A DNA stretch of 62,807 nt, counting the filler, from Collodictyon triciliatum (Eukaryota): assembly GCA_043381765.1 (NCBI GenBank). It is 29 parts of 29 records of this genome, joined end to end, with 100 filler letters (N's around TTAATTAATTAA, not from the genome) between each part and the next. Parts side by side here need not be neighbours in the genome. Positions count along the whole stretch, not along the records: positions 1 to 2,075 come from JBHJMP010009583.1; positions 2,176 to 4,250 come from JBHJMP010009584.1; positions 4,351 to 6,425 come from JBHJMP010009585.1; positions 6,526 to 8,599 come from JBHJMP010009586.1; positions 8,700 to 10,772 come from JBHJMP010009587.1; positions 10,873 to 12,946 come from JBHJMP010009588.1; 23 more parts are not named here. One strand, written 5' to 3'. This document shows positions 1 through 13,046 of this stretch, in pieces; within the stretch, counting starts at the first letter, position 1; every line of letters begins with the position of its first letter. Under the pieces are notes generated by a model. The model was not told the DNA's origin and searched no databases. It worked only from the letters and a program-made list of their open reading frames with translations. A program made the position numbers and the translations under genes.

Positions 1-599
1 AAAAAAGAAAATAAAAAAGAAAATAAAAAAGAAAATAAAAAAGAAAATAAAAAAGAAAATAAAAAAGAAAATAAAAAAGAAAATAAAAAAGAAAAGAAAA
101 AAGAAAAAGAAAAAAGGAATGTTAGCTCACATTACAAACATGATGTTGTTAATAACATTATGTGCCAACACTTTATCCTAAATGCTGGGCTGTGCGGATT
201 CACACTGGCTCCACCTTCTGGCTTCTGCGATAGTGCAGAGCGAAAAAAGGTTGCGAGGGATTTCAGGAAGGCATGCTTTGTGTCGGCCGCGTGATTTCGG
301 TTTGATCAAACCAAAATCCAGATATGGATAAAATATATCACTTATGATTTTATTCCTTGTACGAATATGTAAATATCATCAAGGGACGAGGTTCATCAAC
401 AGAAAGATACAGTTTATGATTTCAGCCAACCACTCGCCTAAGCTTTTTTTGTTTCTGCCAAACCAAAAGTTCATCCGTCTTTGCGAAGGATAGGCTTTGT
501 TGAGCACTGGCGGTTCCACTTTAATTTCCCCTTTTTCCATGAAAATATCTACAAAATGAAGTTATCCACATGATTCTGCACGTATGAGCGTGACTCTGA

Positions 600-2075
600 T
601 TAAACGACGACATTCGCGCGTTCCTTCGAACTGGTGTTAAAAATGTTGAGTTATGACGGAAGGGAGATGATGTTTGATGAAGATGAACAAATTTTTACAA
701 ATTGGAGTATCGTATTTTTCCCTACACATATCACTTATGACACATTCCCACATCTCTTCGCTTGCGGTCAGAGTAGCGAAGAATGCGGGCATGTTTCAGC
801 AGGCTGTTCAGGAAGCTGTATTGCACAAGGCTTTCAAGCATGGATGCGTCCATTTATCGTTCGATTGATTAATCACAGAGATATAATGCACGCACACTCC
901 ATAAGGACAACAGCATATGTTCCCTTGTGACTGTCCAGAGTATTCTAGAGTCGTGGGTCATTCGGTATTGTGCGCCAAACAGAATGTCAGACGTGCTGAG
1001 ACGATTAGGAGCATAATCAAGCTCAGAGAGCATCTTGTGGGTAGACTCTATCACTTTTTGAGCAAGAGAGCACTTCACAAATGTGTGTTCGATAGAGTCA
1101 TCTCCGCTATGGCACATGGTGCATTCTGGAGAGGTCGTTGCTGCACGAACTACACGCGCACCTATCCACAGCTCTCTGTTGAATATATCGAGCAGAAGGT
1201 CGCGATGTTTCGGGAGTAACTGGGGTATACGGGCTTGCTTCCGGCTTTGTAACTTTGATTATTCGTAGTGATGAAGTTGCGGCAGATGTCTTCCAGCTCC
1301 TTCAGCCTCTTGAAATTCAGCAAAGTGCCTTTCATGTTGTAGATAAGGGTCAACAGCATCACTTGGTTCCACAACCTTACTTTCCCCACGTCCGAGAGAT
1401 GAAAGTTGCTCCACACTGATATTTTCGACTTGATGCCCTCAACCAAACTTGTCCATTTATTATCCGATTGTGGACCGAAGATGGTGCCAAGATACTTGAG
1501 TGGATGTGACGGTGGCTTCCACACAATGTTTCCTGGAAACATCAGTCCATCCTGAAACCCAAAAAGAATTCCGTCTGTCTTGTCGTAGTTGATTTTCCCG
1601 CCGACAGCTCGTGTGTATTCTTGCATGCATTTGTTGGCGAGTGTGGCGCCTTCGGGAGCCCGCAAGATGAAAGCTGTGTCGTCTGCATATTGAAGTAGCA
1701 GTTGGTTGCGCACCTTGTTTTCGTTTCGGAGGTGGTTTGCAAGGCAGCCAGCGACAAAGTTGAAGAGCAGTGGTGCAAGTGGGCATCCTTGATACATCCC
1801 GCTCTGTCTTTGAATTGCATCCGTAGGTCCGTGTGCCGTGAGTGCCTTTCTGTTGCATTGTCGTGCAATTTCATGATAAGACTGGTGAATCCGGTACAGA
1901 AGCCTCTTTTGTGTAGGATGGTTTCCAGTGCTTTGTGGTTCACATAGTCGTATGATTTCTCCAGGTCGTAGAAAATCATAGCGCGGGGTGTCCCGCTTAC
2001 TTGATATTCCATGTACTCTTTGTTGACAACCCAGATGTTTGTGTCGATGTTCCTTCCCTTCATGAAACCAATCTG
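600..2075 (-). mobile_element. Degenerate non-LTR retrotransposon (L1/Tx1-like) ORF2: reverse transcriptase plus zf-RVT zinc finger, frameshifted
   Basis: Motifs QIGFMKGR, DLEKSYDYVNH, QGCPLAPLLF, YADD, KINYDKT, KYLG and CHSGDDSIEHTFVKC are split over several frames; the C-terminal QYSFLNSLLKHARILRYSD is homologous to the copies at ~9.4 kb and ~23.4 kb. Confidence 0.93.
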
Positions 2076-2175
2076 NNNNNNNNNNNNNNNNNNNNNNNNN
2101 NNNNNNNNNNNNNNNNNNNTTAATTAATTAANNNNNNNNNNNNNNNNNNNNNNNNNNNNNNNNNNNNNNNNNNNN
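2076..2175. other. Artificial contig spacer (44N-TTAATTAATTAA-44N); first of 28 identical spacers
   Basis: The same 100-nt spacer, with stops in all six frames, recurs every ~2.17 kb; contig lengths decline from about 2075 to 2061 nt with a few exceptions. Confidence 0.98.
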
Positions 2176-2324
2176 GACAGGAGAAATTCAATTTTTCCAC
2201 CTTTATGGTAAAAATTCTTCCATATGAATTATGACAAAAACATCTGTTAAGTGTGTGCTTGCACAAAACAAAGTGCTCGGTGCGAAGCTAAAAATAGAAT
2301 TTTTGATTTCACGAGACTTACGGT

Positions 2325-3283
2325 TTTCGTATTCTGGCATAGTGCAGAATCTTGCTTGCATGTGTGTGTGAAGCAGACTTGCTCGTATTCCGGCATAACG
2401 CACAGCCTTTGCGGGTCTTGGGCGAGGCAGACTTCGTCGTATTCCGGCATAACGCACAGCCTTTGTGGGTCTTGGGCGAGGCAGACTTCGTCATATTCCG
2501 GCATAGCGGAGAGCCTTCGTGGGTCTTGTGTGGAGCAGACTGCGTCGTATTCCGGCATAACGCACAGCCTTTGCGGGTCTTGGGCGAGGCAGACTTCTTC
2601 GACGTTCGGCATAGTGCAGAGCCTTTGCGGGTCTTGTGTGGAGCAGACTGCGTCGACGTTCGCCATAGTGCAGAGCCTTCGCGGTTCTTGTGCGTGAAGC
2701 AGACTTCGTCGCAGTCCGGCATAGTGGAGAGCCTTTGTGGGTCTTGTGTGGAGCAGACTGCGTCGACGTTCGGCATAGTGGAGATCCTTCGTGGGTCTTG
2801 TGTGGAGCAGACATCGTCGTATTCCGGCATGGTGAAGATCCTTTGCGCGTCTTGTGTGGAGCAGACTTCTTCGACGTTCGGCATAGTGGAGAGCCTTTGC
2901 GGGTCTTGTATGGAGCAGACTTCGTCGACGTTCGGCATAGTGGAGAGCCTTCGCGGGTCTTGTGTGAAGCAGACTTCGTCGACGTTCGGCATAGTGGAGA
3001 TCCTTTGCGAGTCTTGTGTGGAGCAGACTTCGTCGACGTTCGGCATAGTGGAGATCCTTTGCGGGTCTTGTGTGGAGCAGACTGCGTCGACGTTCGGCAT
3101 AGTGGAGATCCTTTGCGGGTCTTGTGTGGAGCAGACTTCGTCGACGTTCGGCATAGTGGAGAGCCTTTGCGGGTCTTGTGTGGAGCAGACTGCGTCGACG
3201 TTCGGCATAGTAGAGATCCTTTGAGGGTCTTGTGTGGAGCGGACTTCGTCGACGTTCGGCATAGTGGAGAGCCTTCGTGGGTG
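2325..3283. repeat. GC-rich 54-bp tandem minisatellite, about 17-18 units
   Basis: Unit GCAGACTTCGTCGACGTTCGGCATAGTGGAGAGCCTTTGCGGGTCTTGTGTGGA, period 54 (e.g. 3131 and 3185); it generates 18-aa repeat ORFs on both strands. Confidence 0.95.
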
Positions 3284-4633
3284 CAAGTGTGCTCGTGAGT
3301 CCACGTTGCGTTGCTTGTGCGAGTAGTTGGGTGTTACAGACGACAGTAGCAGGTCGATTCAACTCGAGACTCGACACTACTTGGCGACCGACCGGCTGTG
3401 GAAAAAAAAAGTTGTGTCGCGCATGCGAGGCGAGCGGTTGTCGAAGCCGCCCGCCTTTAATAAGGACAGAAAGAAAGGGTACGTAACTTGAATAAACGGA
3501 TAACCCTGATCACCCAGGCTTAGCGTTACCGAAGTTTGCATACAACCTTATCCCGGCACTTAATGTACAAAGGCGTTGCGCGAATGAGGGGCAGTTTGTC
3601 CGTGGGTCTAGCAAGGGTTGCCTGGTAGCAGTGCCTAGATGAGCGTTGGGAAAGGGATTCGGGTTAGATTGGTTTCGATGCATAGATTCGAAGTGAATGA
3701 TAGTTGATTCATCATTGATGTGAAAAAATAATTGACCATAGAATGCAACTGATGATGAAATAAAGGAAAGAAATATTTTATTTTCCACATATATGAATTC
3801 GATGTGGATATTTGCCATATCGTATAAGGAAGAAATGAGAGACAAAATTTCATTACATTAATACTTGATTCGTTTAATGTTGGTTTATAAATCAGAATGC
3901 CAAAATAGGAAATATTCCACAAAGAGAGCGAAGATAGATGCGGACAAGACATTTGAGGGCAGAGTATGCATATGAGGGCATGCCTGTTGGGTGCGTTGTA
4001 TCCCACATTAGGTTCTACTGTCAGGAGCCGCGCTGAAGCCAAGAGGCCGCCCCCACCGAGCCGGGATACGGCACTACGTATAACCGTGGGAAAAGCCTCA
4101 TCAGTTTACGTAGTGACTCCCTTTTGTGATTCAGTTCTCAGCAAGGACGGGTTCCAACTGTGGAGCGCTACAAGCCTCAGCCACCCCATGATGAGAGATA
4201 TACGATGCATGGAGCGCCGGAGCCATCCAATGAACCTCACAACGCCGCGCNNNNNNNNNNNNNNNNNNNNNNNNNNNNNNNNNNNNNNNNNNNNTTAATT
4301 AATTAANNNNNNNNNNNNNNNNNNNNNNNNNNNNNNNNNNNNNNNNNNNNAAGAGAATATAAAAAAAGAGAATATAAAAAAAGAGAATATAAAAAAAGAG
4401 AATATAAAAAAAGAGAATATAAAAAAAGAGAATATAAAAAAAGAGAATATAAAAAAAGAGAAGATGTGCCTTCCTCTGGAGCAAAACTATAATTTATCCT
4501 AGTTCTCCTTCATTATATACCTTGGGTTATATTAAAATCTTCATTAGTGGATTTTTGTGAATACTTGATAAGTCGGCAACAGTCCTTTCATTCGTACTAA
4601 CTCGAATAATCAAATACTGATACTTATTACTAG

Positions 4634-6235
4634 CTTGGAAAAAGAGTTGATGTCTTGGAAGAAAAAATCCGCAAATGTGAAGCGGAGTTGGTAAAGTATG
4701 ACAATATTTTCACATTTTTTTTTTTTTGTAAATTTTTTTCTTGAAAGGACTTGTTTTGATTCATCACAAGGCAACATATAGATATGGTATTTATGTTCGA
4801 AAAATAAAAGATAGATAAATTACACAAACGCACCGTTTCAATATTTTTTCATATCCGCCATATAATTTTCTACCTAATTCGGATAGGTATAAGGAGCAAA
4901 TGAGCAAGCAGCGTGGTTCTGCTCTAGAGACAACAAAGAAGCGTGCCCTGCAAACTTTGAAGCAGAAGAAAATGTAATGATATCATATCCTTTATTTTAT
5001 TAGAAAGAGAAAGAGAAAAAGGAATGAATGTCATCAAACACTTCTCAATATATTTCATATTCAATCAACTAGAATACAAATAGGTCTTGTTGCAAAATAA
5101 CCATCAAGATTACGTTAACCTTGTTTTTGGCCTCTCCTTTGTCTTTTATTATAATCATTATTATTTCGTCTGATTTCTGCCATAATGCGCAGGTATGAGC
5201 AGCAGAGGGATGCCATCTCAAATCAACAATTTAACTTGGAGCAAGCAAACTTTGGCATCCAAACTGCTAAAGAGGCTGCAGTCACAGTAAGAATAATGAA
5301 GAACATTTTACAGCTTTATTGAAAGTGTAATCGATGATATAACGACTCATTCAATTCGGTTATCTCGCTGAAAAGTATTGTACCCTCAAACACAGTTTGG
5401 AAACATAACTAAGCCACTTATTTTGATATGTTATTCTTTTTATCGTAATTCCCTTCCACGATTCTTATCTTTTCTATTTCCAAAGGTCAATGCGATGAAA
5501 TCTGCCAGCAAGGAACTGAAGCAACAGTACAAGCATATTAACATTGATGAAGTTGAGGTAAATGCTATTACTTAATGTACCAAATTGCTTACCATGTCTT
5601 ATACTATGATTAATAGCGGCTGATATAGATTTCTTCCCCACCAAAATATAATTCAAGACACACTCAAAAACAAATCAATCTTTCGAAGCTTCTACTATCA
5701 TATTCAACCAAAATTGTTATTTTTTCCCGCCACAGTTTGCTTAAAACATAAAACGATATTAACATGTTCATCCGTTAAAAAAATGCAGAAATTGAATGAT
5801 GATATGGCCGATTTACTCGAACAAGCAAACGAAATCCAGGTCAGGAAATCCTAATGGGTTTTAACGCAATTAGCATGTGTTTCGTACGATTTATGCCCCC
5901 TTTTTCTTTTCTTTCTTTCTTTTTTTTTTTTTGAGCAAGTTAGCCATCTTTACAAATTAATTGGACAATCTACGCAACGTTATATACCATACTACACTTG
6001 AAGAAAGAATAGTTGAGAAAAAGAAAAGCAAAAGAACAATTCAACACAACCAAATAGTTCATACACAATTTGTGACTTCGTACGTTTCTGTGGACAAACC
6101 TCTGTATATCAGAGGAATATCATTAACTACAAATGATGGAAAGTATATCTCACATACCAACTCACGCAAAACAGGAGGCGCTGGGCCGAAGTTATGGGCT
6201 CCCCACAGACATCGACGAATCTGAGCTGGATGCAG
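4634..6235 (+). CDS. CHMP5: ESCRT-III Vps60/CHMP5 (partial, 6 exons seen)
   Basis: Spliced reading LGKRVDVLEEKIRKCEAELVK/YKEQM...KKRALQTLKQKKM/YEQQRDAISNQQFNLEQANF/...INIDEVE/KLNDDMADLLEQANEIQ/EALGRSYGLPTDIDESELDA, with GT-AG boundaries in phase. Confidence 0.92.
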
Positions 6236-6636
6236 GTTTGTGCGGGTGTCCCTGCCTGAACTTTTCCCTTTTCTCTTTTTTTCTTTCTTTCTGTTAACAC
6301 ATACACACTTTAATTCTGGGTTACTGGAATATATTAAAAACAAAAAACAAAAAAAACAAAAAAACAAAAAAACAAAAAAACAAAAAAAACAAAAAAACAA
6401 AAAAACAAAAAAACAAAAAAACAAANNNNNNNNNNNNNNNNNNNNNNNNNNNNNNNNNNNNNNNNNNNNTTAATTAATTAANNNNNNNNNNNNNNNNNNN
6501 NNNNNNNNNNNNNNNNNNNNNNNNNAACAAACAAACAAACAAACAAACAAACAAACAAACAAACAAACAAACAAACAAACAAACAAACAAACAAACAAAC
6601 AAACAAACAAACAAACAAACAAAAAACGAAGCAAAC

Positions 6637-8384
6637 CAGTCCCCGTCGATTGTCTCTACATTATAGAGAAGCTTCATATGACCCTTCAATACAGCTGCTC
6701 TGCCTTCGCTGGATGCGTGAAGAACTATAGGTCTTTCATCCACCATCGTGTTGGGAAAGAAAAGCCTTGGACGTATACAAACATGTGAAAAAGAATACAA
6801 AAAAACATCATAAAGTTCGTATGATAATAATCTAAAATGTAATCAGAACCCAAGCCACTTCGATGTTAGGAGTACATTTCATATCTCATGCCACAAGCAA
6901 TAAAGGATTTATTTTTGTGTTAATGGTGCTTGTAAAGTTACAATATACTTTGGCCATATGTTCATCCCATCTGGTCTATTTTGCATCTTTGATGCACCGC
7001 TGAGGAAATGAAAAGTTGGGTACAAATCCGCCGCGTGTATCACATGGTGATTGTTTCGGCTCATGAAAATCCCCCTCATTCTACAAGATTCAAAGAATAT
7101 TGCAAAATAAGCAGCCGCAGAGGCCTATATGATCTTTTATTCATTTTGATTTGCACCCGGTCATAACGGAAAAGAAAAAAAGAATTGGTTTTAATGGAGA
7201 AATCACCCAGAGACGATTGATGTGCTTCTTATTCCGCCTTCCCATTCAGTCCATTTCCCACCAGCAAGTGGATAGTTGCTTCCTCTGCCATATACAAACG
7301 TCTGTCCGCCATTGTCGCTCATCACCCAAAACACGGTATTTTCCCACATGTTTCTGTTTTTCAGCTCGGAAACTACTCTACCTATTTGCGCATCTAAATC
7401 ACTCACCATCCTTCCATAAACCTGTGCTGTGGGTGATTCGTTTGTATACCTATTTTTGAAGGAATCACATTCTAATATATTATCGTTGATGCTGTCAAGA
7501 TGAATTGTTGATAAAATAATAGGAGCTCAGTTAATTTGCACGTCTATTTCACTCGTGAAAAAGAAAATAAACTGATTTCATGATGCATTGTTTACAAGTA
7601 TTCCGAACCAGGAGGCTCTTGATATGGTGCATGCGAAGCCTAAGATATATTACCAAATTGAAAAGAAAGCATATTACAGTAAACATACAACGGAAGGCAA
7701 ACAAATAGCCATCATGGCGAATCTATAGCACTCACTTGGTAGCATAGATATAGAAAAAGTGGTCGGGAATCTTTGTAATGGCTGATTAGCTCTATTGCAC
7801 GATTAGTGTAATCCAAGGAGGAGTATAAATCCACATGTACTTTCTCCGTGCCGTTAAATCTTTCAAATTAGAAAGTATACCAATTAATATCTCCTCCTGT
7901 GAAACAAATGCAGTTCAACTGTTTTACAATGCATAATTGCGAGTTTGACTATAATTTTTTTTGGACATATTCAATGTCATCGACGAACCTAGGGCCATGA
8001 AAATGGTCTGCAGCGCCCTCTATAATCCCGTAAAATGACTCAAAGCCACGCTTTAATGGATGATGTGTCTTTTCCCTTCCCAAATGCCACTAAGTTTTCA
8101 TAGAGAACAGACACATCTGTTATTCAGATATGTTTTTCTGGTCATTTTTTCCCTTTATTCGATTCAAAGATGTTTTTCTGGTCATATTCAAGAATCGATG
8201 ATAACAATCGTGATGAATATCATGTAAAAGGGTCAATATCGGGTATCACCTTCCCGATGGCATGTCTGGAATAATGAGCTTCTCCGAGCAGCTCGGCTAT
8301 TGTTTGATGAGATAAAGGAAGAGACTCGAAGTCCATGCCTAAGTTCCAGTTGAACTTGCCGGTCATCACGGATGACCTTGTTGG
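6637..8384 (-). CDS. Arylsulfatase (ARSB-like), partial, multi-exon
   Basis: Exons encode PTRSSVMTGK, HAIGK/WHLG, HPLKRGFESFYG, SDNGG...GSNYPLAGGKWTEWEGGIR, IHAADLYPT and DGMNIWP; the exon with the catalytic Cys/Ser was not identified. Confidence 0.88.
8130..8185 (-). mobile_element. Ultra-short (24 nt) retrotransposon 3'-end insertion with 16-bp TSD, in a sulfatase intron
   Basis: ATGTTTTTCTGGTCAT at 8130-8145 and 8170-8185 flanks TTTTTCCCTTTATTCGATTCAAAG. Confidence 0.75.
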
Positions 8385-8491
8385 CTAAAGAGGGAGTTTC
8401 GGTTACCTCATTTCGAATAGATGAGTTGTTAATCCAAACAAATATATAGCAATAAAACAACGAAGCAGAGGAGACACGCAATAAATAATCC

Positions 8492-8599
8492 AATAATCCA
8501 ATAAATCAATAAATCAATAAATCAATAAATCAATAAATCAATAAATCAATAAATCAATAAATCAATAAATCAATAAATCAATAAATCAATAAATCAATA
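8492..8599. repeat. (ATCAATAA)n simple repeat at contig end; representative of the many contig-terminal simple repeats
   Basis: Directly visible; most contigs begin or end in 1-13 nt simple repeats. Confidence 0.9.
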
Positions 8600-8699
8600 N
8601 NNNNNNNNNNNNNNNNNNNNNNNNNNNNNNNNNNNNNNNNNNNTTAATTAATTAANNNNNNNNNNNNNNNNNNNNNNNNNNNNNNNNNNNNNNNNNNNN

Positions 8700-9838
8700 T
8701 AAATATATCTATTGTGGGTCGAGCTTCTACATACAATCCTTAAAAGCTGTAACTACCAAAGCCCTGACTTGGATTCAATCCGAGGCCTAACTTCCGGCAA
8801 AGTTCAAATGACGCAGCTGATTTAAATCAGACAATGAATGCGTAACCAGCAAACGAAACATGTAAAAGTCGCTAATCTTATTTAAAAAAAAAGAATATTC
8901 AATTTGGATATAATGCTGTATTTGATTTTTTTTGTATCGTTATTTGATTGAATGCCTTTTGCCCGTGATAAATATATGTATATGAACTATGCTGACGCAC
9001 TACAACTCATTTCCTGAGTAAACTCATCACACCATTTGTTGCAAAGCTCTGTTCAAGTGCATCGTTCAAAGAATCCATCGCGTTCGATTAACTTATTTTT
9101 CCACAAAGTCCAAGTCAAAGCCAATTCACTTCGCCAATAAACCCATCTTACTGGGCCATTCTTTGCCATTTTTATTTTGTTTATTTTTCTTTGCGTGTGG
9201 AGATGGAGTTCCTGTCTCCAAGCTACTAGCCTTTTTTTGCACTAACGCTACCTGGTGGCCGGGTGGCGGAGAAGTAGTCGGTAATCAGAAATTGCATCCT
9301 GCGGTTTGGCCTGTAGGCTGGGTCTTGTGCTTGCATGAGAGAGACAAGGCGGGGTTGAATCTCTTTCTCAGCTTCTTTCCACATGTCTTTTCTCACGGGT
9401 CTGAGTAGTAGAGAACGTGCAGGTGGCGAAGGAAACTGTTGAGGAAAGAGATTTGTATGATGTCATCCAGCCTGTTATCAGGAATGGGTGGCTGGTTGTT
9501 GAGTCTTGCTTTGCATGAGTATATGCGTGCTATCCACATAGTCCATAGCAAATGGCCTCGCGTAACTGCCCAGAATGTATTTGCCTCTGGACGCAGCTGT
9601 TGCAGAGGCCCAAATATCGCCTGGATTAGGCCAACAGCCGCAGCCGTCTTGAGTGTCAGTCGAACAATCTCACCGGCTGCTTCGCGCAGGTTTTGGGCGA
9701 AGGGACATTGCACAAATGTGTGCTCAATGGATTCATCACCGTTGCTGCAAAGTGTGCATTCTTGGGAGACTTTGCCAGCTTTTGTCGCGCGTGTGCCTAT
9801 CCATAGCTCCCTATTGATGAGGTGGCATAAAGCAGCCG
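8700..9838 (-). mobile_element. LINE 3' fragment (zf-RVT, C-terminus and 3' UTR), copy A
   Basis: LINRELWIGTRA..CTLCSNGDESIEHTFVQC; colinear with and highly similar to 22699-23797; a 1-nt deletion near 9395 truncates the ORF. Confidence 0.9.
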
Positions 9839-11480
9839 AAAACACTACCAAAGCAAAATAAATGCAAACTATATCATTACAAAAAAAAAGCAAATGATTC
9901 ACTCTATATGATATCGACCATATAATATTTTGTTTTATATTGGCTGTGGCATGTGAAAAAAGAGTGAACGAGCATGGGTCATATGTTATGTCATCCCGCC
10001 TAGTGGTGTATATCCAAAACAACAATATGTCTTTTGGTATGTGTCCAGTGATAAATAGCATTCAGTGGCGTCCATTCAGTCATGTGCTCCATCAAGACGG
10101 ATTGAACACGGTTCTGTTATATTCATAAATCTAAAGCTTCTGGAAACACATACCATATTTTTTTTACTTTCTACTTTTTTGTATCATAAATCTTTGTGTG
10201 CAAAGCGACTGGGCAAATAACAATAAAGCAAAAAATAAGAATATTTGACTCTACCTTTGCTTTACACTCCCCCCAAAAAAAGTCTGATATGCTTTGCTTC
10301 TTCGCATATCACTTGTATTCCTTTTTTACACTTGTTTTTAGGTCATAGAGCTCATATTTGTTTGACGCTATAATCCGTCCATTTGTCTACCAATATATAT
10401 TAACGCGCGATTTCATTTGGTGTTTTTCTACAGTGTTATGCCGAGAAAGTAAATCCATAGAAAACGTTTTTACCTGTGGGCATAAATTTACACACGCTAA
10501 TTTTGAAGGATTTTTTTAATTTTTTTCTTGATAAATGCAGATGTTGAAGTTTATGATGGCAAATAGCTTAATAACTAAATATTGTTTTCATTATGTATAG
10601 ACATAGTCACATGAAAATTTTTAATAGGCAGCCAACTTATACGACTTTTTGGAGGGTGCTTACTGTATGGATAGGTTGGTTTCTTCGTATCGAGGATTTT
10701 ATAGATGTATAATCTGATTTACCTTTTTAATACCCATTCGGACTTGAATACTGTATATAAGCAACATGTTACNNNNNNNNNNNNNNNNNNNNNNNNNNNN
10801 NNNNNNNNNNNNNNNNTTAATTAATTAANNNNNNNNNNNNNNNNNNNNNNNNNNNNNNNNNNNNNNNNNNNNAAGCGAGGCCGAAACCGGAAGTTAAAAA
10901 ATAATCGTGTATAAACTAGGGACATTATAGGCAGCTTTCGACAAAATGTCACAGACTCTTGTTTCTATAACAATGTATCAAGGAGACACACCAATTGCCA
11001 TCCTCCATGCGCCACGGGGTTCTACAAGGATTAGTTACCCCGAAGGAAGCCACAAGACACGCTCGTATTTGAGCACTCAGGCCAAAAGCCTCAACCTCAA
11101 ATCTATTTCTTGAGTTGCTGGCGATCTTTGCCAAATCGACCACGATAATCCGTCGACTTCATCGGCCCGAACAAACCAATTAAAGATATAAATTATCCAA
11201 AAAAATGACTTTCATCTCACATGGTTAAATATAAATATATATATGAAATCAATGGAATCAGATGAATACAAAGGGGTGGGATGCAGGTGTTTTTATTCGT
11301 TTTCTTTCTGGTTGAATTGCAGAATGGCTCATGGGCTGAATTGATTCTTTTTTTTTTTTTGGTATATCTCTTCCTCAGTTTTTTTTTTGTATGGTTTTCT
11401 CTTTTTAAGCTGTGGGTGCCGAGTTGCCTCAAAACACACATTTCTTATCGCCCTTTAATTGGGGTTTAGTTATTTCTGCA

Positions 11481-12946
11481 TCATTTGTTACTTCCTTTTG
11501 TAAGCCTACTTCGGACGTCCACATCAGGGAAATCGTCGGTTGATAAGAAGCGACTGAGATTAAAATCCACCATAAAAGGGTTCTCCATGCGCCTGTAATC
11601 AACTTCGGTGACTCCTTGTAGCTCTCCAAGAGGTTTGGCCATATCTTGCAAGTCATCCTGGAACTTCGCGCGTAGTATCGCTGGGTTTCTTTCCACCACA
11701 ACAAAGGGATGAATCTTTTCTGACCTCCAGTCCGAGTTGTCAGTCGTCAGATGAATCGAGCGGGAGAATTTTTCGACTCCGTCTGGGCTTTTAAATCCAT
11801 ACCAGAACTGAACTTTGTCAAATTCCTTAGACACTTTAGCGTAGAGCCTCAGTTCATTTCTGATTTTCCTTTGGAATTCTTTTTTCTCTCCTTCAACCGG
11901 TCTCCAGATTTTTATTCCTCTGTTACGTTCGCAAAAGAAAAAAAAGCGTTATCATTGATAGGTCATAAAATATACAATTTTATACAATGAAAAAAAAAAT
12001 CAATGAATATACTTGTTTATTTTTCGGCAGGTAACAATCCCTTCATCAGAAATGCTGGCACAGAACATACGGTGCATATCTCCTGCGAGGCAGCCCTCAG
12101 AGGAATTTGTTTTTGGCAGTTCACTGGTAAATCCATAAATAACTTCTATCCCAGGAGCGAACGATATAATCTCAATCATAAAGATATAACCATTATAATC
12201 ACCGAGGCTCATAAAATAATCAAAAATTTCAGCCGTGGACCTGAGGGACACAATAGCATCTGGCTCTTTCAAATTTTGGTCATTCACCTTTTTTTCAGAT
12301 GTGAAGTTTGAATTGTACTTCAATGCTTTCTTTTTCGAATTAATGTCTTCTTTCTTCTTTTTCACGTATATGAAAGGGATTGGGTTCTCTCCAAAAGCAA
12401 GGCTGGAGTGGGAACCTTCACAGAAGCTTACGTATGCACCGTCCCACGAAATGAGAGGTAAATTATTTCTAAATGGAATCAATCTATTCGACCGAATATT
12501 GGGATGAGTATGTCCAAAATCCAACCGGGTGGGGTCATCCCCCATGTTTACAAGCGCAGCACCACCAAAAGATTGAATTTTGACGAATGGATGTATAGCT
12601 TTGTCACTTTCCCCCTTAAATTTGACAAGCTCTTCGCTGAAGTCTTTCAGGTCTCTTCGAAATTCGGATTTTTCTGTGTCGAGTGAATATGCCTTCCCGT
12701 TGAGGGTATAATAATACATATATTTGTCGCCATTTATTAGAACACATAGACCAAGTGTGTCATCTGATTTTCTTTGATAATTTCGATGATTAAAGACCAA
12801 TTCATCAGAAATGTAATATATCCTTTTTTCCTTCTCAGAGGCAAATCCAATCTCAAAACAGCCCGCGGAAAGCATTTGGACTTCAAAGTAAAATATGCCA
12901 AGCTTCTCCAAAATTTCGGAGACATCGTCATAGACCTTGGCAGGCA
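11481..12946 (-). CDS. Protein with tandem SPRY/B30.2-like domains (partial)
   Basis: IFYFEVQMLSAGCFEIGFA...DDTLGLCV...MYYYTLNGK...IHPFVKI...LVNMG follows the SPRY pattern; a second unit runs IFMIEII...IHPFVVV. Confidence 0.6.
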
Positions 12947-13046
12947 NNNNNNNNNNNNNNNNNNNNNNNNNNNNNNNNNNNNNNNNNNNNTTAATTAATT
13001 AANNNNNNNNNNNNNNNNNNNNNNNNNNNNNNNNNNNNNNNNNNNN

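Noticed and set aside
2247-3377. Long ORFs in several frames, or a CRISPR-like array
   Set aside because: The ORFs result from a stop-poor 54-bp unit, and the units are contiguous with no unique spacers, so this is not CRISPR.
3975-3997. GAGGGCATGCCTGTT resembles the 5.8S rRNA 3' end
   Set aside because: The conserved upstream 5.8S core (GATGAAGAAC, GAATTGCAGAA) and a downstream LSU start are absent.
4072-4115. Hammerhead ribozyme (minus-strand CTGATGAG within a stem)
   Set aside because: There is no GAAA or stem III/UH element downstream; the stem is a simple hairpin.
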